A DNA stretch of 63,475 nucleotides, filler included, from Octopus bimaculoides (lineage: Eukaryota): assembly GCF_001194135.2 (NCBI RefSeq). It is 10 parts of 9 records of this genome, joined end to end, with 100 filler letters (N's around TTAATTAATTAA, not from the genome) between each part and the next. Parts side by side here need not be neighbours in the genome. Positions count along the whole stretch, not along the records: positions 48,171 to 56,776 come from NC_069004.1; positions 56,877 to 62,073 come from NC_068982.1; positions 62,174 to 63,475 come from NW_026390533.1; 7 more parts are not named here. One strand, 5' to 3'. The position numbers and the translations under genes are program-made. The stretch's first letter is position 1. Every line of letters begins with the position of its first letter. The notes beneath the pieces were generated by a model. That model did not search any database, was not told the origin of the DNA, and was given only the letters and a program-made list of their open reading frames with translations. This document shows positions 53,465 through 63,475 of the stretch, piece after piece.

Positions 53465-53650
53465 CAACACCAGCAATTTCAGGGGTTGATATAAGTCGAT
53501 TGCATCGATCACACTGTTCAACGGGTACTTATTTTATCGACACCCATAGGATGAAAAGCAAAGTCGACCTCGGCGGAATTTGAAATCAGAACGTAAAGAG
53601 GGACGAAATACCCGGCGTGCTAACGATTCTGCCAGTCCGCCGCCTTCTTA
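53465..53650 (-). mobile_element. SINE family A
   Basis: Reverse complement of the family A body, including the head GGCGGCGGACTGGCAGAATCGTTAGCACGCCGGG. Confidence 0.82.
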
Positions 53651-53827
53651 AATTACATTATATCAGTAACTAAAAAGTAGTGAACATGAGTGACTGTCGG
53701 AATAAAAATAGCAGCATCAGCGTTAAGCAAGGATTAGGAATAAATGAATTTTAGGTGAATTAAAATATGTTTGTGAAGTTTTAACTTCTAAAATATATAT
53801 ATCTTCCCAGTGCTTCTTATTAGCCGA

Positions 53828-53872
53828 TCCCCAGACGTGCGTTTCTGGCTCTTTAGACTTCCTCAGTAGAAA
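53828..53872 (-). ncRNA. Minimal type-I hammerhead ribozyme, core intact, stem II eroded
   Basis: TTTCTA-CTGAGGA-AGTCTAAAGAGCCA-GAAA-CGCAC-GTC-TGGGGA. Stem I is 6 bp with G.U pairs and stem III is near-palindromic. Confidence 0.55.
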
Positions 53873-54271
53873 ATATCGAAGAGAGAAGCAGTGGACAGAT
53901 ATGGTGTTTTTCACATTTTACATACATACATGCACACATACACGCATATATACAACTACATCAAATGTGCATATATATTTACAATTCATTAGGAATATGT
54001 CATACGTTGGACAAGTGCCTTTCCAGAGCACAGCAATTTACTATCTGTTTACTACCAAATGTATATTTATACTTACATACATACAAACATACCTACATAC
54101 GTACATATATATATATATATATATATAATATATATATATATATGTATATATATATANNNNNNNNNNNNNNNNNNNNNNNNNNNNNNNNNNNNNNNNNNNN
54201 NNNNNNNNNNNNNNNNNNNNNNNNNNNNNNNNNNNNNNNNNNNNNNNNNNNNNNNNNNNNNNNNNNNNNNN

Positions 54272-55490
54272 TAGGTTGTTAAACATTAAATGCCGTATTT
54301 GAAAGGTAACAATAAAATGTTTCAGAAGTGTTAGAAAGCTCATTTATTTAATGAAAGTATGATCCATGTTCATTTATGACATTTACCCAACGTTTCTCTA
54401 TGCCATATATTCCATCTTTTAAAAAAATTCATCTTTTGCTGTGATAACCTGTCCGAATGCTTCAATTACCTCTTCTCCGTTTAAGAGTGTTTTATTGCTT
54501 ATGAAAAGCTCAAAATGTTTAAATAAGTGATGATAAGTAGGAGAGATATGAGGGGAATAGGGAAGATGTTGCAAAATCTCAATTCTGGCTTTGCAACTTT
54601 TGGACAGTAGCTTGAGATGTGTGAGGACGTGCGTTGTCGTGGAGCAAAATTGGGCCATCTCTATTCATTAATCTGGGTTGCTTCTTTTGCAAATTCTCAT
54701 GCATACAATAAATTTCCTGGCGATATGTTGCTGTTACCGTTTCATCTTGTTGCAAAAATGAATAATGAATAACTCCCTTCGCAGACCACCATACAGTGAC
54801 CACTAACTTTTTAGGGTGTAATAGTGGCTTTGGGTAGTGTTTAGGTGACTCTCCTGCATCTAATCCCTGTATTGTTCTCCTGCTTTTGTCAAAGAGTATC
54901 CATTTTTCATCACAAGTAATGATTTGATGCTAAAATGGTCTTTTTCCAGTCGAGAAAGCCGTCTATTTTTTTTTTAACCTCGTTCAGTTGATGTAGAAGA
55001 AACCTATCCGTTTTCTTGACTTTTTCAATTTTTTACAAGTGACCAAAAACAGTTGGGCGAGATGTTTGTAGTTCTGATGAAAGTTTTCGAACCGTTGTTC
55101 TCGGATTTCGTTCAACCAAAGCATTCAATTCACCATGCCGAATAACTGATTTTGGCCTACTCCTTGCTTTATTTTTAAGGCTATCATTTCCTGAAGGAAA
55201 GCTTTGGAATCATCTCTAAACAGTTCTGATGCCATTACCAGAAGCTCGCTTGATATTCCGTAGAGCTTCTGTGGCCGAGTGACCCAGTCTGTACTCATAC
55301 GAGAAAATCACTGAACATAGTTAGGCTGTTATCATTTTCATAAGGTTTGTGAGTACGAATTTTGCAAACCAATATTGTTGGGAAAGAAAAAGGGTCAACA
55401 TTAAATGCAAGGGATACATAATTGAGTTTTTAAATGACTGAAATAAAAAAATAATTAAAAATGCAACATTTCATGTGGAACAACCTAATA
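54272..55490 (-). mobile_element. Full-length (~1.22 kb) degenerate mariner transposon
   Basis: TIRs TAGGTTGTTAAACATTAAATG and CATTTCATGTGGAACAACCTA. Motifs YEYRLGHSATEA, IITCDEKWILFD, MVTVWWSAKGVIHY, LLHDNARPH and LPYSPHISPTYHHLF. Multiple stops. Confidence 0.92.
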
Positions 55491-55497
55491 TATACAC

Positions 55498-55558
<61 letters not shown>

Positions 55559-55999
55559 NNNNNNNNNNNNNNNNNNNNNNNNNNNNNNNNNNNNNNNNNN
55601 NNNNNNNNNNNNNNNNNNNNNNNNNNNNNNNNNNNNNNNNNNNNNNNNNNNNNNNNNNNNNNNNNNNNNNNNNNNNNNNNNNNNNNNNNNNNNNNNNNNN
55701 NNNNNNNNNNNNNNNNNNNNNNNNNNNNNNNNNNNNNNNNNNNNNNNNNNNNNNNNNNNNNNNNNNNNNNNNNNNNNNNNNNNNNNNNNNNNNNNNNNNN
55801 NNNNNNNNNNNNNNNNNNNNNNNNNNNNNNNNNNNNNNNNNNNNNNNNNNNNNNNNNNNNNNNNNNNNNNNNNNNNNNNNNNNNNNNNNNNNNNNNNNNN
55901 NNNNNNNNNNNNNNNNNNNNNNNNNNNNNNNNNNNNNNNNTATATATAATTTAAAATTTCGGGATGGTCATTTTCTTTATTTGTTTACATAGCCAAATA

Positions 56000-56540
56000 A
56001 ACACATACACTATCTATTCGTTCTTCCTTCGTGTTTTATTATTCTTATTTTATCTTATAGCCATTGTCTGGAAATCTTTCGCCACACACCTGTGATCTCT
56101 TCAGCGACTCTTCCATTCCACGTGTCTCCTCCTGTTCTGTTCAGTCTTTCTATGGTGTATATCCTTATCTGTCCATGCGCCTGCGTCTGTATCTGTGCGT
56201 GTTTGTGTGCGTGCGTACGTTGTACGCGTGTTTAGGTGTTTTGCATGTGTATATATGAGTGTGCTTACTATATTATTTGTATTTGCGCTTCTTTATATAG
56301 TTTTTATTTATACTTTCTGTAGTTATTTACTTATCTATTTTCTGTTTTTTATTTCATCTTAAGTATATGTATATGTCTTTTGTGTATGTGCATATGGGTT
56401 TGTGTATTATACTGTTTGTATCTGTGTCTCTTTTTCCATTCTGTGTTTAGTCGTCGTGTTGCGTAGTTTCGTGGTGGAGGTGTGTTATTTTACCATGCGT
56501 GTTTTACGTTGAGGCTCGTTCTGTCTATGGTCCAGACAAA
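56000..56540 (-). mobile_element. PLE ORF terminus and pLTR (inverted relative to the adjacent GIY-YIG fragment)
   Basis: The minus strand starts IDRTSLNVKHAW*, followed by an A/C-rich tract and a hammerhead motif. Confidence 0.5.
56066..56110 (-). ncRNA. Minimal type-I hammerhead ribozyme with complete catalytic core
   Basis: GAGTCG-CTGAAGA-GATCACA-GGTG-TGTGGC-GAAA-GATT-TC-CAGAC. All core nucleotides are present. Stem II is 6 bp with a bulge, and AGATTT is self-complementary in a dimer. Confidence 0.62.
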
Positions 56541-56544
56541 AACA

Positions 56545-56740
56545 AAACAACTTACATTGTGGAGACAGGACGCAGCATAAGAGAGCGGATAGGCGAACAC
56601 TGGCGGGAGCTCAGATGAAAAAAGCTTGTCAGTGCTCTCCCAACACGCTCAAATTCAACAGAGGCTCGGTTAATAACATAGCGGTTAAGGTATTATCAAC
56701 GCATAGAACAGACACGACACTTAAACGGATTACACAGGCC
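56545..56740 (+). mobile_element. PLE GIY-YIG endonuclease fragment
   Basis: TYIVETGRSIRERIGEHWRELR..SAL..NIAVKVLS, matching the YIGETGRxxxERxxEH motif. Confidence 0.72.
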
Positions 56741-56741
56741 A

Positions 56742-56772
<31 letters not shown>

Positions 56773-57410
56773 GCATNNNNNNNNNNNNNNNNNNNNNNNN
56801 NNNNNNNNNNNNNNNNNNNNTTAATTAATTAANNNNNNNNNNNNNNNNNNNNNNNNNNNNNNNNNNNNNNNNNNNNAAATTTAAACACTAACTTGTCTTT
56901 CGTCAATAATACTGCCAATTAACACAGTAAATCATCTCCCCACTCTCTCCTGTCTTACGTCGTTTCTATCTTGATATACACGCGTGTGTGTGTGCGTGTG
57001 TGTGTGTGTGTGTGCGTGCGTGTGTGTGTGTGTGTGTATGTGTGTGTGTGTGTGTGTATTTCTACTTGCATACATGTATATACACGCATAGATATAATAA
57101 ATATATACTTACATATATATATATATATATATATGTACTCGCACACACGCACACACTGACGCACACACACATGTATGCATGATTGCACTCACACACACAC
57201 ACAAACACACACACACACTTATAGATGAGCGTGTATTTATATCGATTTATCCAATCCATCTAATTATTTATCCATCCATTTGTTTTCCACTTAGCTAGCA
57301 ATCTTTTACCTGTATTATATATGTGTGTATGTGTGTCCGTTTGTATATATGTATATATATATGAGTGTGTGTGTATATATGTGCGTTTTGTATATGTGCG
57401 TTTGTATACG

Positions 57411-57453
<43 letters not shown>

Positions 57454-57523
57454 ACTTATTTATATGTATCACACTATTTACATATATTTTCATTCACCAA
57501 TTATTTCTATCTATCCACCTATC

Positions 57524-57601
<78 letters not shown>

Positions 57602-58053
57602 ACCTACTTAATCATACGTATATACATATATATACATAATCATATATATANNNNNNNNNNNNNNNNNNNNNNNNNNNNNNNNNNNNNNNNNNNNNNNNNN
57701 NNNNNNNNNNNNNNNNNNNNNNNNNNNNNNNNNNNNNNNNNNNNNNNNNNNNNNNNNNNNNNNNNNNNNNNNNNNNNNNNNNNNNNNNNNNNNNNNNNNN
57801 NNNNNNNNNNNNNNNNNNNNNNNNNNNNNNNNNNNNNNNNNNNNNNNNNNNNNNNNNNNNNNNNNNNNNNNNNNNNNNNNNNNNNNNNNNNNNNNNNNNN
57901 NNNNNNNNNNNNNNNNNNNNNNNNNNNNNNNNNNNNNNNNNNNNNNNNNNNNNNNNNNNNNNNNNNNNNNNNNNNNNNNNNNNNNNNNNNNNNNNNNNNN
58001 NNNNNNNNNNNNNNNNNNNNNNNNNNNNNNNNNNNNNNNNNNNNNNNNNNNNN

Positions 58054-58093
<40 letters not shown>

Positions 58094-58379
58094 CGTATGT
58101 ATGTATGTACGTATGTATGTATATGTATTGTAGTTCTTCTATATCTAAGTATGTGTTCTACTGAGTCATGACTGTACACCTCATTATAACCAATTTAACA
58201 GCGAATGTTTGCTTCTGTACTTGAATAGATTTATGCAAATGTTTATTGGAAAAATCGGACCTCTGTCACTAGAAGGTATTAATAATAGATCGGTGTCACT
58301 TGATCTAGCATGAACTGCGTCCTATATTTATGGAAATATGTGCAGATAAATAAAGAAATGCTTATTGAATACAGAAAGG

Positions 58380-58420
<41 letters not shown>

Positions 58421-58438
58421 TACTACTACTACTACTAC

Positions 58439-58485
<47 letters not shown>

Positions 58486-58586
58486 TTCGACATTTGATAG
58501 TTTCTGGCAAATTTCTACTGCATCACCTGCTACATCTCAGAGTTGCTGGGGTATATTCAGCATTGTTTTTATTTGTTTGTTTTTGC

Positions 58587-58637
<51 letters not shown>

Positions 58638-58639
58638 CT

Positions 58640-59162
58640 TTTCTTTATGTTTCGTTGGAAGAGTACAAATTCTTCCCGGTATTGTATTGCGTTAAGTTTG
58701 TTTTTGTTGTGGGGTTTTGGCTCGAGCCTTTTGTTGTATTAGTGTTTGTATTGTGTGTTGTGTGTGTGTAATTTTTCTGCTGGGCATCCCACCTGTGGAG
58801 TATATGTTAGGGGTGAAGTGCGGGGGTATTTTATTGGATATTTACTATATAAATTGCGCCTTGTGTTCGCAGATTGTTTTATTGGGTTGTACAATTGAAA
58901 TGATAGTATCTTGCGCTGGTTTTGGCTCTTCTTAGCAGGGCTATGTTTTGGATTAGTATACAGTATTGAGGATTCAGGTGTAGCTTATACGTTTTTGATC
59001 ATAGCTTTTATTTTATCGGATCGAATGCTTCAGTTATTAGTGGTATTGTTTTCACCTTCACGCCCCACATCTTGAATGCTTCGATTTCCAGATCTTTTGC
59101 ACTTTGACAATTTTTCCACATCTTTTGGGGGCAATATTCTGATCAAAAGGGGCTGCATAGGC

Positions 59163-59163
<1 letters not shown>
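58640..59163 (-). mobile_element. R4-like RLE non-LTR retrotransposon, 5'-truncated 3' end with (TAA)n tail
   Basis: Minus strand across frameshifts: APFDQNIAPKDVEKLSK..DLEIEAFKMWGVKVKTIPLI..QNIALLRRA..RKILS, then UTR and (TAA)n. Confidence 0.65.
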
Positions 59164-59230
<67 letters not shown>

Positions 59231-59593
59231 TAATAATAATAATTTATACTACTACTACTANNNNNNNNNNNNNNNNNNNNNNNNNNNNNNNNNNNNNNNN
59301 NNNNNNNNNNNNNNNNNNNNNNNNNNNNNNNNNNNNNNNNNNNNNNNNNNNNNNNNNNNNNNNNNNNNNNNNNNNNNNNNNNNNNNNNNNNNNNNNNNNN
59401 NNNNNNNNNNNNNNNNNNNNNNNNNNNNNNNNNNNNNNNNNNNNNNNNNNNNNNNNNNNNNNNNNNNNNNNNNNNNNNNNNNNNNNNNNNNNNNNNNNNN
59501 NNNNNNNNNNNNNNNNNNNNNNNNNNNNNNNNNNNNNNNNNNNNNNNNNNNNNNNNNNNNNNNNNNNNNNNNNNNNNNNNNNNNNNNNNNNNN

Positions 59594-61855
59594 NACCTCA
59601 GCAAAGATCTATCATTGGAAAGAAATATGGTCGGCAAAGGAATAACCTCAACGAAGATCTATCAAAACAACCAACACTGCACCTGAACAATTCTGTACCC
59701 TTTTAACAAATGAAGAAGTCACTCAGGCACTGCAAAAACTAAGCAACTGGAAGGTACCAGGGCACGACAAGATCCCCAACTTCTGGTCAAAATATCTAAC
59801 AAGAACACATAAAAAATTGGCTGAGGAATTTAGTGAAATACCAGCAGAGCCAGAGACAATGCCTGAATAGCTCACGGAAGGGAAAACTATCCTAATTCCC
59901 ACATCCACTGAAACGGCAAACCAACAGAATTACAGACCGTTAACTTGTCTTCCTACAATTTACAAAGCCTTTACTGTAATAATACCGCAGAGAATGAGCA
60001 AACATCTGGAAGAAAACAACATGTTTCCAGAAGAGCAGAAGGGATGTTGCAAGTGATGTTGCGGCTGTAAAGATAAGCTACTGATTTATAAAGCCATAAC
60101 TAAAGACAGCCGCAGAAAGAAGAAGGGTCTTAGAAGAGGAATATTCCAGGGAGACACGCTCTCTCCACTCCTTTTCTGCTTGGCACTGACACCTTTATCT
60201 GACATGCTAAGCAGAACTGGATGTGGATACAACTGTTACGGCAAAACAATCAGCCACCACTTGTATATGGATGATCTAAAACTCTACCTATAAATGATAA
60301 ACAGCTGGAAACATTACTACAGACAGTACATGGATTTACCAAAGAAATAAACATGAAATTTAGCTTAGAAAAATGTGCCAAAGCAACCTTGAAAAGAGGA
60401 AAACTAGTTAAGAGTAGCAGCATTACATTAGACAAAGCACATGAAATTAGAGAATTAGATCAAAGCCAGACATACAAATACATGGGAATCATTGAACTAG
60501 ATACGATACAACACACACAAATGAAAGAGAAGATAAGAAAAGAATACTCTAGACGAGTTAGATTAATACTGAAAATAGAGCTCAATGCGAAAAACAAGAT
60601 AATAGGTATCAACACTCTAGCCGTCCCAGTTATAAGTTACTGCTATAATATTCTTAACCGGACTCTAAATTATATAATCAAAATAGACAAGAAAACAAGA
60701 AAAATAATGACAGTATTTAGGATGCACCACCCCAAATCTGACAGAAAAGTTACATATACAACGTATCGGAGGTGGTACAGGCCTTATACAGCTAGAAAAC
60801 TATTACAAAATAACCACCATAGGACTACAGAAATACCTACTTCAGAAGGAAGGAAAACTAACAAAACACGAAGACAAAGAACTGTTTTCAGTCTTTAAGG
60901 AAGCTGACAAATACAAAAAAGAAGTTATAGTACCTAACAACTATGAAGAAAAAGAAGAAACAACAAAAGCTGTAAAGCAAATGAAATCCGAACAAAAACT
61001 GGAACAACAACGGATCATGATAAGACGATGGCAAGAAAAGCCCCTACATGGTAAATACTGGGTTAAACTAAATAGAAAAGAAATAGACAAAGCAAAATTC
61101 CAACAATGGCTGAGAAGCTCAGGACTGAAAGCCGACTGATGGATTTTTAATTGCAGCACAAGATCAAAGCCTTACAACCAGAAATTACCAAAACACGCGA
61201 TGAAAAGAAATACAAGTAATTGCAGAATATGTGGTGATGAAGAAGAAACAATAAATCATATTGTCTCTGGCTGCCCAGCCCTGGCTAAGAAGGAATATAT
61301 TCGCAGACACGACAGAGTTGGGACCTATATACACTGGAAGCTATGACAACACTATGGAAAGAAAGATGGTATAGGCACACGCCAGAAAAGGTTACAGAAA
61401 ATGAAAAAGCAAAGCAATCATACTCTGGGATATGCCAATACACACAGATAGAGAAATTAAGGCTAATAAGCCGGATATAGTTGTCAGAGATCATGAACAA
61501 AAAAAATGTTTTCTAATCAACGTGTCAATACTAACAGATGACAATGTCTCTCTAAAAGAAACAGAGAAACTTTCAAAATACAAAGATCTGGAAACAGCGG
61601 TAACTCGAATGTGGAGTCTAAAAACAAAAACAATTCATATCATAGTAGGAGCATTAGGTATGATGAAAACATATTCAGACAAATACATAACAAAAACACA
61701 GAAAATAGCAGTACTAGGCACCGCACACATCCTACGTAAAACACTTTCAATACAGTGAAAATAAGAGCATCACAACAAACCACAGCAGATACCCAAGACA
61801 CACAAATCTGCGTTCGGTAGTGCAGTGAAAGCGTGTGATAAAAATAAGACTACTA

Positions 61856-61860
<5 letters not shown>
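59594..61860 (+). mobile_element. R4/Dong-clade RLE non-LTR retrotransposon (RT + zinc knuckle + RLE + 3' UTR), degenerate
   Basis: NWKVPGHDKIPNFW, NYRPLTCL, EEQKGC, RGIFQGDTLSPLLF, HLYMDDLKL, KYMG, HGKYW, CRIC..ETINHIVSGC..YIRRHD, KPDIVV..D..EKLSKYKDL. It ends in (TAA)n. Confidence 0.92.
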
Positions 61861-61915
<55 letters not shown>

Positions 61916-61916
61916 T

Positions 61917-62073
61917 ATCATAGTAGGTGCCTTAGGTATAATAAAAAAATATTCAGACAAATACATAACAATAATACCAGGACTTACAAATATATATAAC
62001 ATACAGAAAATTGCACTACTGGGCACTGCACACATCCTACGCAAAACACTTTCAATACAGTAACCATAAGATC
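61917..62073 (+). mobile_element. Second, 5'-truncated copy of the same R4/Dong-like family inside the (TAA)n tail
   Basis: IIVGALGIIKKYSDKYITIIPGLTNIYNIQKIALLGTAHILRKTLSIQ*, paralogous to 61640-61758. Confidence 0.88.
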
Positions 62074-62178
62074 NNNNNNNNNNNNNNNNNNNNNNNNNNN
62101 NNNNNNNNNNNNNNNNNTTAATTAATTAANNNNNNNNNNNNNNNNNNNNNNNNNNNNNNNNNNNNNNNNNNNNTATAT

Positions 62179-62717
62179 GCAATAATAAATCTCTGAGCGA
62201 GATGTAAACAGTAGCAGCATCGTCAAGTATATTTGTCACCTAAATGTGGCTGACCCATAGGGACAATGCTACTGTTGTTTATAGCCCTGGGAAGACATCT
62301 CCTCCAGCTGGCTAACGACACTCTGACTGTGTCCGATCAGTATTTGCGAAAGGAAATCATCATTCTCATCTCTGTAAACAGTCGCAACACAACATCCTGA
62401 AGTATATTTGCCACCTAAATGTGACTGACCCATATGGAACGATGCTACTGTTGTTTATAGCCCCAGGAAGACGGTGTCCGATCAGTATTTGCGAAGGGAT
62501 ATCATTATTCCCATCTCTAGTCTTACGTGATACACACAGACCTGGGTTTCTGAGTAATAACTCGTCATCAGCATATGACTATCACCAGCTAGGGATGAGA
62601 ACGGATTCCAAACGCAAAATACTATATGCTTTTTCCAGTGATAAACCTTCGCTGATCTCGAAAAAGGAGAAATAAGCAATAATAAATCTCTGAGTGAGAT
62701 GTAAACAGTAGCAGCAC
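62179..62717 (-). repeat. Tandem / circularly permuted ~330-350 bp unit carrying a hammerhead (retrozyme- or pLTR-like)
   Basis: GCAATAATAAATCTCTGAG.GAGATGTAAACAGTAGCAGCA occurs at 62179 and 62676. The internal segment is duplicated at 62206-62372 and 62373-62518. Confidence 0.75.
62531..62580 (-). ncRNA. Minimal type-I hammerhead ribozyme, core intact
   Basis: CATATG-CTGATGA-CGAGT-TATT-ACTCA-GAAA-CCCAG-GTC-TGTGTG. It has the CUGAUGA and GAAA cores, a GUC site, a 4-bp stem II and a 6-bp wobble-rich stem I. Confidence 0.65.
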
Positions 62718-63158
62718 GATATATATACATGGGTGTATGTGTGTGTGTATGTCAGCGTGAGGACTGGATGGAAACTAAAACAATAAATTGTTTTATATTG
62801 GTATTATTTTGGTTTTGATGTATGTATACAATTTATTTTTCTATGTCCATATAGAGCTGGTTTCGTTTTTCGTTTTGTTTTATAAGTATCGATAAATATA
62901 TGTATGTGAGTAAAGAAATAATGGGGTATATATGTAGATATAGCGTATTTATCTTATTTAATTTGTTGACCGTATCGAATTGATTTTTTTTCGTTTTGTA
63001 TATATAAACATAAAATAGTTACCTCCCCTGCATTCTAATACTCAAATTTAAAATATTTAGTTTCGAATTAATATGTATAAAATAATGTTCTAACATAAAT
63101 AGATACATCTGTGTATGAATTATATACGTATGTAAATTGTAAAAAAATAGATATATGT

Positions 63159-63475
63159 ATGTCTAGACCCAAAATAACGTGGTGGTGGAACCATGTTTTT
63201 GACAGGGCTATTAGACAAAAGAAACAGGCTTGGAAGAACTGGAAGAACAGTGGTAGCAGGGAATTGTATCAGACTGTCAGAAGAGAAGCTAGGAGACAGG
63301 TTTATTTAGCCAGAGGGGAAGCAGATAAGAAAGAATTTACCAATGTTCTGCGCCGTGAGGACCAAAGACTTGTGGTATTTCGTGTTGCAAGACAGTGTGT
63401 GAGAGAGAATCATGATGTCGTAGGAGAGAAATGTGTCCGCATGGATGATGGTTCACTTGCACTAAACGAGGCTGC
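63159..63475 (+). mobile_element. RTE-clade LINE fragment (APE-RT linker), open to the window end
   Basis: Uninterrupted frame RPKITWWWNHVFDRAIRQKKQAWKNWK..VFRVARQCVRENHDVVGEKCVRMDDGSLAL. Confidence 0.8.

Noticed and set aside
39772-59706. Long ORFs of 150-350 aa in the ORF track
   Set aside because: They consist of X (gaps) and dinucleotide or trinucleotide repeats (HT, YI, CV, poly-I/L/N).
62421-62730. ORFs over the tandem unit, and SAKVYHWK similarity to 59594 (SAKIYHWK)
   Set aside because: The ORFs are short and unrecognisable, and a 20/26-nt match is expected by chance in this much AT-rich sequence.

Overview
This is AT-rich eukaryotic intergenic or intronic DNA from a gapped draft assembly. 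It is most likely an octopus genome; that is inferred from the tRNA/CORE-SINE families and the extreme microsatellite load. I found no host protein-coding gene I can recognise. Most ORF-track entries are microsatellite or N-gap artefacts. The window is a transposon graveyard. It holds five Tc1/mariner-superfamily remnants (one Tigger/pogo, three mariner, one DD37D maT), an APE-type Tx1/L1 fragment, two RTE fragments, four restriction-like-endonuclease (RLE) non-LTR fragments (one HERO/NeSL-like, three R4/Dong-like), several Penelope-like (PLE) fragments, many SINEs and a 398-bp foldback MITE. Two signals stand out. (1) Several minimal type-I hammerhead ribozyme motifs lie in PLE pseudo-LTR-like DNA. 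One sits inside a tandemly repeated ~330-350 bp unit that looks like a non-LTR retrozyme. (2) A tRNA/CORE-SINE head is fused to the 3' UTR of the R4/Dong-like retrotransposon found 32 kb away, which suggests a SINE partnered with an RLE-type LINE or a template-jump chimera. Everything was read by eye, element boundaries are approximate, and the SINE family labels A-D are my own.
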